From: Octopus bimaculoides
Taxonomy: Eukaryota
Assembly: GCF_001194135.2 (NCBI RefSeq)
Contig: NC_068983.1
Coordinates: 108,750,029-108,814,028 of the forward strand
DNA length: 64,000 nt
Direction: 5' to 3'
The notes beneath the pieces were generated by a model. The model saw nothing but the letters and a program-made list of their open reading frames with translations. It was not told where the DNA came from and did not search any database. A program made the position numbers and the translations under genes. Below, in pieces: positions 14,545 through 25,350 of the stretch. Each line of letters begins with the position of its first letter. Within the stretch, counting starts at the first letter, position 1.

Positions 14545-14985
14545 GATGCCCCATGCAAGAGGCAAGAGAGATTTAAAGAAGAATGTTACGCTCGAGAAGG
14601 TGAATCACAATGACTGTTTTTGTATGCTCAGTTTTTGACAGATCATGTCTTTCTTTTGCTGGGCTCAAATCTTATTTACAGACCCATGAAAAATGAACCT
14701 CCACCAACTATTCTGCCTATATGCCTGTGCACACCTTTCAATGCCATGTATGCCATAAGGTCTGCAAATTTAACAGAGGTTTCAAAAGACATTTTAAGGT
14801 CCACAAAGATCAGAACTTAACTGCAGCTCTTGGTGGTCTAAACTGGATATGGAATCTATGTATGTGTGTTCTTTCAATACATTGTCTGGTTTAAAAAGCC
14901 ACATTAGACACCATGATGGATCTAAGGTGTAGGTACAAGAGGTGTTCAGACTCTGTGTAAGGAGTAGACAGCCACCATATATATT
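14545..14985 (+). pseudogene. 3' end of an RTE-like LINE encoding three degenerate C2H2 zinc fingers
   Basis: Manual translation: FVCSVFDRSCLSFAGLKSYLQTH*, FQCHVCHKVCKFNRGFKRHFKVH, then after a frameshift VCSFNTLSGLKSHIRHH; stop at 14930-14932, short 3' UTR, TA-rich tail. Confidence 0.7.
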
Positions 14986-15499
14986 TATAAATATAATTTG
15001 GAACACTGGATCTCAAAGCACATCACATAAAGATAGAAATAATAGCATGTAGCTATCAGGTTGCAGAACACTTTTGGAAAGAAAAAGTTGAAGGTTGAAG
15101 GCTGCCTATAAGTCTCTAAACAACATCTGCTGCAGAGAGGGCAGGTATTCTACTATTGGAGTAAAGCAATCCTTCAAATTTAAGAAACGGTATTCTTACC
15201 AGCAAGAATTGTGTGCTGTTGATATCATAAACATTTATAAACTTTCAAGAGAACATGAAAGGATTCTCTTTTGGAACATTGAATCTTGAAGTACATCATA
15301 TAAAGTAAGGGAGAATGTAGGTTCAAGTTCAAGAAGAAGCCCTTGACCTTTTCTCTCCCAAAGGGTTTTTCAATTCAATATTTATAGCTTTATGCAATGT
15401 GCTTTGAGATTCAATGTTCCCCCCCAAAATATTTCACATTGTCTTAAGAGTTTATAAATTCTGATGACATCAACAACACCCACACCCACACATATACAA

Positions 15500-15564
15500 T
15501 CTATGTATGTATGTATGTATCTGCCTGTGTGTCTGTCTGTCTATCTATCTACACACACACACAC

Positions 15565-15634
<70 letters not shown>

Positions 15635-16158
15635 NNNNNNNNNNNNNNNNNNNNNNNNNNNNNNNNNNNNNNNNNNNNNNNNNNNNNNNNNNNNNNNNNN
15701 NNNNNNNNNNNNNNNNNNNNNNNNNNNNNNNNNNNNNNNNNNNNNNNNNNNNNNNNNNNNNNNNNNNNNNNNNNNNNNNNNNNNNNNNNNNNNNNNNNNN
15801 NNNNNNNNNNNNNNNNNNNNNNNNNNNNNNNNNNNNNNNNNNNNNNNNNNNNNNNNNNNNNNNNNNNNNNNNNNNNNNNNNNNNNNNNNNNNNNNNNNNN
15901 NNNNNNNNNNNNNNNNNNNNNNNNNNNNNNNNNNNNNNNNNNNNNNNNNNNNNNNNNNNNNNNNNNNNNNNNNNNNNNNNNNNNNNNNNNNNNNNNNNNN
16001 NNNNNNNNNNNNNNNNNNNNNNNNNNNNNNNNNNNNNNNNNNNNNNNNNNNNNNNNNNNNNNNNNNNNNNNNNNNNNNNNNNNNNNNNNNNNNNNNNNNN
16101 NNNNNNNNNNNNNNGAGAAGGAGAGAGAGAGAGAGAGAAGGAGAGAGAGAGAGAGAGA

Positions 16159-16193
<35 letters not shown>

Positions 16194-16195
16194 TC
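15500..16195. repeat. Compound microsatellite (TATG/TCTA/CA/TA), N-gap 15635-16114, then (GA)n
   Basis: Seen directly. Confidence 0.95.
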
Positions 16196-17389
16196 ACACA
16201 CAAAGAAAGGGAGAGGGGAAGATAGAGAAATTATAGCTATTTAAGAACACACAAGCACTTTTGTATTCAGTTTCCATTTAATTCTTGATGTGTCAAAGTT
16301 TACATTACTCTTCTATAAAGTGTGTTTGTTATATCTGTCTAATTAATGCACATGTAAAGACATTTAAAAATTCTTACTAAGTTGATGCATTTCTTGCAAG
16401 CATTCTGATGTTTGTTATTTTAGCCAAACAGAAACTTTATCCAATTAGAAATTTCAGTTAATCAGTAACTATTTCTCCATTGAGCCAGTTTCAGGCTATA
16501 TCAAGCACATCAAAAATCTTTATGCTTTCTTGTCAAATCTGCTCATGCCCAAACAAGTTTCTCTTCACCACACCAGAAACTACTATGGTTAAACTAATTC
16601 TATCATCTTTGGCTAGGGTCACCTTTGTGCTTTAGCCATGACAGAGCAATTTCCACCAATTTAAAAACAAGAGCTTCATTTTCCCCCTTTGGCTATTATC
16701 TAGCTGTTATCTGATTGCACACATTTAACTCTGCTGGCTTTTATCTGATCACACACACTTGACTCCATAATACGAATTATTTCATTGAAATGAACATTTA
16801 CTACACACTTTAGCTACTCAATTTTCAGAAACATGAAAATAACTTTTGGACAATCTCTCTCACACACATGTGTTTGAGGTCTGTTTTCTGTTTGATACTC
16901 AGTATAATTCCAGAGCTACTCTCTTGCAACCAGTACTGTTTTGCTTCAGTCAGAAATAATAGTAAGCAACAATGATGAAACAGTTACTGCTATGCAAAAC
17001 ATTGGTCAACTCAACTGTAAAGTGGCAATACTACCACCTTTTACACAAGACAGCCTAAGGACAGAATATGACTAACAGGGAATCACATTCTCTGCAGAAT
17101 TTGAGGAAAAGAAACACTAAGGTTGGTAAAACTACTGCTGCAATTGATGAATTGTATAAACGGACTATATCTTAAACACTTTTTACTTTGATTATGTATA
17201 CTGTTAACTTTGCTTGGTCATGAAACAGTTCCTTTTTTTATTATCATTTTAAACTGTGATTAAACATTTAAACTTTTAGCTGTTTTAAAAATGTATTTTC
17301 CTAATCTGCCACCTGGCAAAACATTTTATAAGTATTTTTCTGGTACATAGTTATCTCTCAAATGAAGTTATCGAGTATTTTTACTTACT

Positions 17390-17582
17390 TACTTACTTAC
17401 AGAGACACACACAGAGACACACACACACACAGACACACACACGCACAAACAAACACTCACATAAACATACACATAAACACACACACAAACGCTCGCATAA
17501 GTATACACATAAACACACTCACAAACACTTACATAAGTGCGCACACACACACACACACGTGTGCACTCACATACACAAACAC
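17390..17582. repeat. CA-rich degenerate microsatellite
   Basis: Seen directly. Confidence 0.9.
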
Positions 17583-17739
17583 TTAATATGAATTCAGGCA
17601 CAATGCACTTGACAACTAATGTGGCTGAGGAACGACTGACATTTTATTGCTTACAATTTTTCACCTTTAGCCCCAAATTAGCATTCACTTAGAGCACTTG
17701 GTAGCATAAAAGCAAACTCCATACATCATTTTTGTAGAA

Positions 17740-18080
17740 TGCTAATATCATTCAATTCACTTTTCTGAAGATGAACATGCATGGAACTCATATTGTATTC
17801 ATTTTCTACAGATTTGCTTGAATGAAAGCACATTTTACACAACCCATATGCATCGTACACTCACATGCTTAAATATGATGTGCATATTAAACAGATTAAC
17901 TTGTTTAACTTGCTTACATATCATACAAACTTCCAAGTTTATATCTTGAGCATGCATATGTCATATATTTCTATTGGTCCCAACTCATCAACTTTGCAAT
18001 CCACTCCTGTAAACAATGTTGCATCAACATTTGGATTTCGCTGTCTGTTGTTTCTATGTTGATTCTTATCAATTACTGTT
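17740..18080 (-). pseudogene. Possible heavily decayed hAT (Charlie/SPIN-like) transposase N-terminus
   Basis: The minus strand gives WKFV*YVSKLNKLICLIC...ENEYNM, reminiscent of the KLICLIC...KEYNL motif; many stops. Confidence 0.25.
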
Positions 18081-18959
18081 TTTTCCAGCAATCTAAGAAG
18101 AGGTTAATCTTGTGAATTCATGCCAACATGTTAGTTACATCGTTGTCATGTGTATTATTTCAGCCAGTTAGAAAGTTTGGCCCATTGATTAGTAGTCAAT
18201 TTTTAGGTCAGTTAAACCTAGCATATGGCAATTTTATACACACCATTGTGACGCCTGTTATTTTAGTCAATTAGAGTTTGTACCCAATGCGAAATTGAGC
18301 CATTTTGGGGCTACATTAAGCAGGTAAAAAAGCTTTTCATTCTTATAGATATTTCAGTTGTTTTTCTTATATGGCAGTTATGGCTGAGCGATCTTATTTT
18401 CTTTCTCATTTGATGTGGAGTCAGATTTATGCTTTAGCTATGACAGAATAATTTCCACTAATTTAAAAATACATACTTTATTTTTTTCTCTCTTCACACA
18501 CATTTGAAGCTAAAACACAATTTTTTATGAACACCAACATTTTCTATAAATTTTATCCAATTGACTCTGTAAAGCACAGAAATAACAGTGAACATTCTCA
18601 GAATCATATTCATGTAAACTGGTCATGATGGCTGCAAACTAAGATATGTTGTTTTTATGATTATATTTAAAAAATGATATTCTTGTCTGAATTCTGTTCT
18701 ATTTTAACCTGTAATCTCAACCCATATACTGTGTAATTAATATTGCATTGTTTTACCAACAACATCTGTCATAAGTTATGTTTCATGGAATGTAAAAAAA
18801 TAAAACAGAAAATTATATACAATCAATCACTGTTATTTATCCATGAACTTACCTTTTAATTTCTTAAAAATTTTATTGACATGATAAATATAAAAAATGT
18901 ACAGATACTAATGATTAAAATCATAAAATATTGTAATGAATAAAATTACACATCCATAT

Positions 18960-19084
18960 ATTTATATATATATATATACAAGCTGTATATATATATGAGT
19001 GTGTCTATCTATCTATCTAGCTATCTATCTGTTTACCTATCTATCCATCCATTCAGCTATCTCTCTCTCTCGATATATATATGT

Positions 19085-19122
<38 letters not shown>

Positions 19123-19132
19123 NNNNNNNNNN
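18960..19132. repeat. Compound microsatellite (TA/TCTA/CA) plus N-gap 19123-19132
   Basis: Seen directly. Confidence 0.9.
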
Positions 19133-20029
19133 AAATATACAAGGTGTAAAGATATGAGGGCCAAACGAGCCTAACTTTGAGATGCAGAGTCACGCTGCTT
19201 AAAGAACAGATTCGTTTCCCTCAATACAGGCAGAGCGGACATATCGACTGAGCGGACATATCGACAGATGCAGAAGTAATAATAAAACGCTGAATTTTCA
19301 TATCTTCCTTTTATACCAATGCAAAGTTTCAATCTCAGTACAAGAATGCCTAAACACGGAGAACCGGTTCATACAAAAGTACAGACCACACCTCAATGTA
19401 CAAATTTGACCATTTAAAAAATTATACTTAGGAGCCAGTTGTCCCTACCCCCTTGCAACCTGTTGCTTCCCTTGCTTCACTCTCTAGACTCATTCTTCTT
19501 ATTCTTCAAACATAAAAATGATGAGACCCTCTGTCACGAGAACAGATTCCTGTACAATGTGCAACTAGAGGAATATCCACTGTCATGCATCTACCATACC
19601 CTCAATATCTTGCTTCCCTGGGCATGAACATATTAAAGCTCCAGCATCTGGCAACTTACATGATGGGCGTCCACAAGATTATCCACCATTTTTCCAGTAA
19701 CAACCTTTTTGAATTTCATATATCTAACACTCATGGGGAAAATTGAAAACCAACAGAGCACCCATGACTTTCAGAAACACTTTTTCATGCTCAGAATTGC
19801 TGAAGATAGAATAAATTACTCGCATCAGTTGTTAGCTTGTCAAGACAATACAGTCATCAAACTTCCATGCTTTCTGAAATTCGTTAAGTGTACACTTGAT
19901 GTCCCCCACCCTTTTTTTAAATGACCCTTTCACTGTTCACTTCCCATGCATTATTCTATGTACTGTTCCTGCATTGCTGGCTACTTTTTCTGATGAGTTG
20001 TACACCAGAGCAATGTATATAATAAATTC

Positions 20030-20068
<39 letters not shown>

Positions 20069-20227
20069 GAGGAAGTATCAAAAAGTTCCCAGACTAGTAC
20101 TGTAGTGAGACAACAGATGACAGCAAGTGGTTGCATTCTCAGTGAGAGCTAGCAGTGACTTTAATGAAGCAAGATGTGAAATTTATATTTTTGAGATCAC
20201 CTGTATGCTGTAGTCTGCGATTTTGTC

Positions 20228-21120
20228 ATGGATAAAAAGTTGGAACAAAGATCCAACGTGAAAGTTTACGTTAAACTTGGGAAGTCAGCTACAGACACAT
20301 TAAGCATACTTCGGCAAGCTTACAGTGACAAGGCAATGGGCCGTACGCAATGTTTCGAGTGATACGAGCGCTTTAAAAATGGAGGAACGTCCTTGGAAGA
20401 CAAGGAGTGATCTGGAAAACCTGCCACGAGTGTCACTCACGGAAATGTGTAGAAAATTCATCATCTTGTGCATGAAGATCGTCGGAGGACAATCAATAAA
20501 ATTAGTAATGTTGTTGGTCTGTCGTATGGGTCTGTGCAGGCAATCCTGTTGTCTGAATTAAACATATATCCTGTCTCTGCTAAGTTTGTCCCCCTCCTGC
20601 AGACCACTGATCAGAAAGAACATCGTGTCGAACTCTGTCAAGATCTCCGTCAGCATGCCACTGATGACCCATGTCCTTCATGTCGAGGATCATCACTGGT
20701 GACAAGAATTGGGTCTATGGATACGACCCTGAGATGGAACAACAGTTGTCACAATGGAAGAGCCCTTCATTTCCACAACCAAAGAAGGTATGACAGAGCT
20801 GCAGCTCAATCAAGAGCATGCTCATAGTTCTTTTTGACATCTGCAGTATTGTGCATCAATAATTCGTCCCCCAGGGCCAGACCGTCAATCGAGAATTCTA
20901 CTGCGACGTTTTGAAGCATTTGGGGGAGGACATTTGGTGAAAGTGGAAAATTGGATTCTTCACGATGACAATGCACCCTGTCCCCAAACTATACTCACTC
21001 GTGAGTTTCTCACCAAAATCAACCATCCTATTCACCAGATTTAGCACCGGTGGACTTCCATCTCTTCCCCAAGATGAAAAAGAGGCTCAAAGATTGCCGT
21101 TTTAAAACTGTTGTCGGAAT
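20228..21120 (+). pseudogene. Mariner (DD34D-type) transposase pseudogene, 3'-truncated
   Basis: MDKKLEQRSNVKVYVKLGKSATDT...; SAKFVP; IITGDKNWVYGYDP; LHDDNAP; YSPDLAPVDFHLFPKMKKRLK; several stops and frameshifts. Confidence 0.95.
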
Positions 21121-21600
21121 TCAAAGGGGAGGTTAGATGGGATTAATGGGATCCGTGAAATGAAGATATCCTCACCCTTATATTTCCCAGTGATAATTGC
21201 TGCCTCTAGGACATGGAGTTGCATTGCTTTCACCACCAGTCTAGTGCCATTGCACAGGTGAGGTGGATCCAGATTCTTGAGCAGCATGATTGGAGCACCC
21301 TTTTTCAAGTGTTAAGTTGTGAGGTGGCATCCCAGATGGCTGTAGAGAGTTCAGAAATTCAGCTGGAAAAACTCCAGCTTAGTCCTGATAAATGACAGTA
21401 TCGATAGATTTGAAAGACTGTTCTTGTCCTGACAACAGCTGCAAGAGATCCCAATTGATTTTGTTGGCAGCATCATTAGGTGGATCTAAGATGGCTTGCT
21501 CACATTGCCATTGACTGTTGCTAAAGTTTTGTACAATGTTTGGAAACACATGCATTTTAAGATCATTGACAGTTGGTACCATCTCAACACAGGGTAGCTT
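21105..21600 (-). pseudogene. Helitron-type PIF1 helicase fragment
   Basis: VFPNIVQNFSNSQWQCEQAILDPPND...SFKSIDTV; EFLNSLQPSGMPPHNL; KGAPIMLLKNLDPPHLCNGTRLVV...GEDIFISRIPLIPSNLPFEF, typical of the Helitron RepHel helicase C-terminal region; frameshifted. Confidence 0.9.
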
Positions 21601-21795
21601 GTGTTGCTGTTGCAGTTCTCCATACAAATGATAGCAAAGTGTGTATCAAATGAAATTAAAATCCTGTAACAACATATTCCCTCTTCTAATTAAATATTGA
21701 AAAAGAGAGAAAATGCCATCCTCTCTTTTGCAAGAGAAATTAAGTTAGCTTGGCTCATGTAGGGTGCATGACCTCGCCTCTAACCATTTTCAATG

Positions 21796-22022
21796 TCTAA
21801 TATGTACACGTATGACCTTTAAACTTTTATTGAGGGTGAATAGTAAGAGAATTAAGGGGGATGCTCAAGAGAGGGGGAGGAGAAGTTAGAAGAGTAGGGA
21901 AGAGGGTTCTCAACCCCTTCCCCTTTACCCAGTCGTATAATTGAGAAGGGTATAGGGAAGGGAATAGAAGGGGATGCAACCCCACGTCTGGGAAGGGAAT
22001 AGTCCCCACCTTTGCCAGCTAG
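21796..22022 (+). mobile_element. Possible mini-Helitron (TC...CTAG), purine-rich
   Basis: Begins tctaatatgtacacg and ends ccagctag|t; the hairpin is imperfect and the 5' flank is G rather than A. Confidence 0.3.
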
Positions 22023-22026
22023 TATA

Positions 22027-22361
22027 TAATGTTAGTTATCAGCATGCAATGTTTTTTAATCTCTAACCAAGTATAATAACTCACATCTGAATTTAAAATA
22101 GAAATATCCAGTGTTAATAAGTTGAGTTGCTCCAAGAATATTAAGAATAGGTAATGTAAGTTATCAGCATATAATATTTTTCAATCCATATTCAAGAATA
22201 ATTACTCACATCGGATTTAAATGTGAAATATCAAGTGTTAACAAGGCAAGTTGTTCCAAAAATATCCCAAATATGTATTGGAAGTTTATCAAGATATAAC
22301 ATTTTCTAATCCCTATCCAAGTAGAAATAGTCACATTGGATTTAAATATCAAATATCGAAC
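22027..22361. repeat. Diverged tandem repeat, unit about 124-125 bp, about 2.7 copies
   Basis: Units start at 22027, 22152 and 22276 and share taatgt.agttatcagcat, actcacatc.g.atttaaa and gaaatatc.agtgttaa. Confidence 0.8.
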
Positions 22362-22680
22362 GTAGTCTGGCTAATTTTATTAGGTCAATTCCACAAACAA
22401 TTATTTGAATAACTCATGTTGATATCTCCAACTTATGTCATGGGAATATTGAAATTTAAAATTTATAAAATTTATTGTACAAATTAAAAGATATCTTACA
22501 GTGTATATTGCCTAAAAGACCGAATGGATGAATAACTTATATCAATGTAATAAGAGTTTTCACCTGGCGTGTGTCCATATGAAAACCATTCGTATTTAGA
22601 AACCTTACTGTTTCTTTTTCCTCTGAAAATTACATATGTTGTGTGTAACATTGAGTTTTAAGCTTCACATTATAGTAATT

Positions 22681-23810
22681 CTAGTTCTTTACGGAGGCCC
22701 TCTGCAACCGCAGGGGTTTCAGGGGCTTAGCGCCAGCCCTGCTGTAAACAAATTTGTGGTTTTGGGTTACCATTAGGGTTAGTATTTAGCGAGTATGGTA
22801 TTATTGTAAATGATAGCAAATTTTTATCCAGTCACAATTATGTTTATCAGCAACCAACCTTTGCTTGAAAGTGTTGGTGTGAATGGGCACATGACAGGAC
22901 TGTACACTAAATTTTGTTTCAGAAAAGTACTTCTTACCTAGCTATCCATTCATTGGATTAATCCCAACAAAATACTACAAGTTTAGTCACTGGTTCAGCA
23001 CCTATGTTTGTGTTCTTCACTTCAAAATAATAAAAACTAACATACGTCCAAAATGGGACATCTTCTGTGTGTGTCCATGTGCATATACGTGCAGGTGTCT
23101 GTGTTGGGGGAGGGGGTTAGTACACAAGAAAGACATTTACAGAAATGTACTCATAAAGATTCTATATGCCATGTTTGCAATTCTCTGTATAAATGATAGC
23201 AAAGTGTGTATCAAATGAAAGAATGAAATACGATAGGTTTGTAAAACATATTTCTGTTTACTTTCTCTGTACATTCACATAAGCTATAGAAACTGTTGCA
23301 CATGCGCACACGCAAACAGAAATTTTCCAGACATTTAGCTGTTATTTTTAGCAGTTCCTTTTCAGTTTTAGACAACGGGATGGGGTGGCGAGGAATGTAT
23401 GGATCAATTTTGGAGTTCTTCGTAAAAAATTTGGAATTAAAAAAATTTTTTCCACATTCTTAATCTCTGTATTTTTCCATGTAGATTGAAAAAAAATTGA
23501 AAAAAGTTAAAAATTTTAAATTTTGGCTGAGTGGGAACATAGTATTTTGCATATTCGGAATCTCTGTCATCAAAAACATAGGGATCCACTAAAAAAAAAA
23601 CACGGTAAAATCTATGGGGGGGGNNNNNNNNNNNNNNNNNGGGGGGGGGGGAGCTACAGCCCTCTGTATGGGCAAGAGCCAAAATATGATCCCACTAAAA
23701 CCTTCCCTGAGTAATGAAAAACCTTCATGCCAACTTTGGTACAGGTTGATCCAGCGGTTTGGCCGTGCATAAAGGAAACACATACGCAGTGAATTTCATA
23801 TGTATATAGA
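22681..23810 (-). mobile_element. Non-autonomous Helitron with both termini
   Basis: Minus strand: 5' A|TCTATATAC at 23811/23810; 3' hairpin (plus strand ccctctgc-aacc-gcagggg), then about 13 nt, then CTAG at 22681-22684 (3' flank is A rather than T). Contains a poly-G tract with N-gap 23624-23640. Confidence 0.65.
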
Positions 23811-23845
23811 TAATTAGTTCGGGAACTTTTTCATACCACCTCGTG

Positions 23846-23848
23846 TGT

Positions 23849-23937
<89 letters not shown>

Positions 23938-23946
23938 TACACACAC
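23846..23946. repeat. (TG)n-(TA)n-(CA)n microsatellite
   Basis: Seen directly; abuts the right mariner TIR. Confidence 0.95.
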
Positions 23947-24989
23947 ATCATTAATGTTACACTGAGGATTGTAAGTTTTCAAAAGACATCCATGACTATG
24001 ATTTCTATTTGCAATTTTTTAATCAAGATTTTCATCTCTGTTTAACAGGCTGTTACAGCTTTTATTTAAAGTGACTTTCTCCAAGAAAGGCTACCTACAC
24101 CATGGCCTATGAGCACATGTCTAACCATTACTCATAGTAGCCTTCTAGATGCTTGATCACCTTCTCAGTCATTTTGTATTTCTCAGTGTTACTGCTGGAC
24201 AGACACTGACTCTGTGGTGGGTTAATCCATCTTTTGAAAGATCTTGTGTTTGTCCTGCTGAATTGCTAGCAGCCCTCCTCCCCACGCTAGCTTGATGTCT
24301 GCCAGTTTAGTCATCAACCCAATCATATACCAGATTGTACTGAATTACCTGTTACCTGCTACATACAGGAATGGTCTGACATATACATACATCCAGTATA
24401 TATTTATATGGATGGAAACACAAATACACACATGCACAAGTTTTATAGAGAATGTATATACAGAGAATATGGGGCTAAAGCAACAATGGAGAAAGAGGGA
24501 TGTTGGCAATGTAAAGTAACAATGGAGAAAGAGAGAGATGTTGGCAGTATATTATGTATGTATAGGAATAAAGATTTGTGAAAGCAATCTCAAAATGACG
24601 TTGATAACTTAGCACTAGTTGTGAAGAGAATGCATTATGACAGTTTTAAGGAACCCAATAGTGGGAATAGATGAGCTGAGTTCCCTAATGAGAAGGAGCC
24701 TGGTGGTGGGGTAGACAAGGTGAATTCTCTGATGAGAAAACGTTTTTCAAGTTTCATAGAAGCCGATGGAAAGCAAGTAAAATGCATAGACAAAGAGAAA
24801 AACGAGATACAAGAGAAAGGGGAGAAAAATCTTAGAAAACAAAAACGACTTTATTGCATTAAAGCTTGTTCTTAGCTACGTTTCTGCTTTTAAGAACTAT
24901 TTTAAATGCTGATTTTGTCTTCTCTTCTTCTCTGTAACTGTCTCTTCCTTTTCTCTATCTATGCTTTGGAACTTGAAGACAATAATTGC

Positions 24990-25350
24990 TTCAAATTTTG
25001 ACACAAGATCAGCAATTTTAGGGTGAAGCAGTTAGTCAATTACATTGACTCCAGTACTTGACTGGTATTTTATTTTATTGATCCTGAAAGAGTAATGGGA
25101 AAAGTTGATCTTCGTGGGATTTGAACTTAAAACCTAAAGAATTGGAAAAAATGCCACTAAGCTTTTTGTCAAACATGTTAACAATTTTTCCAGCTTTCCA
25201 CCTTTGGTTTCAAATTTTGGCACAAAGCCAACACATTTAAGAAGTAGAGGTTTGTCAATTACATCTATCCAATTGCTCAACAGGTACTAATTTTATTGAC
25301 CTTCAAAAGAATGAAAGCCAAAGTTGACCTCAATGGAATTTGAAAGAGCC
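24990..25350 (-). mobile_element. Two tandem decayed family A SINEs
   Basis: ttcaaattttgacacaag/ttcaaattttggcacaaag and aaagttga...ggatttgaact occur twice (starting about 24990 and 25205). Confidence 0.7.

Larger units (their letters stand above)
20068..23843 (+). mobile_element. Mariner element bounded by 28-bp TIRs, with its 3' part replaced by Helitron-derived DNA
   Basis: Left TIR cgaggaagtatcaaaaagttcccagact (20068-20095, after TA). Reverse complement of 23816-23843 is cgaggtggtatgaaaaagttcccgaact, a 23/28 match. The right flank is TG rather than TA. Confidence 0.75.

Noticed and set aside
15464-16244. Long ORFs of 200-330 aa in the track (also near 57.4, 59.2 and 60.9 kb)
   Set aside because: They are artefacts of N-gaps and dinucleotide repeats (poly-X, YI, ER, HT).
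16950-17110. Possible ancient mariner motif (KVAILPPFTQD versus EVLPHPPYSPD)
   Set aside because: The similarity is too weak and no other motifs or TIRs are present.
19430-20030. Gypsy RNase H (LTTDAS on the minus strand)
   Set aside because: A single short motif; the expected downstream residues are absent.
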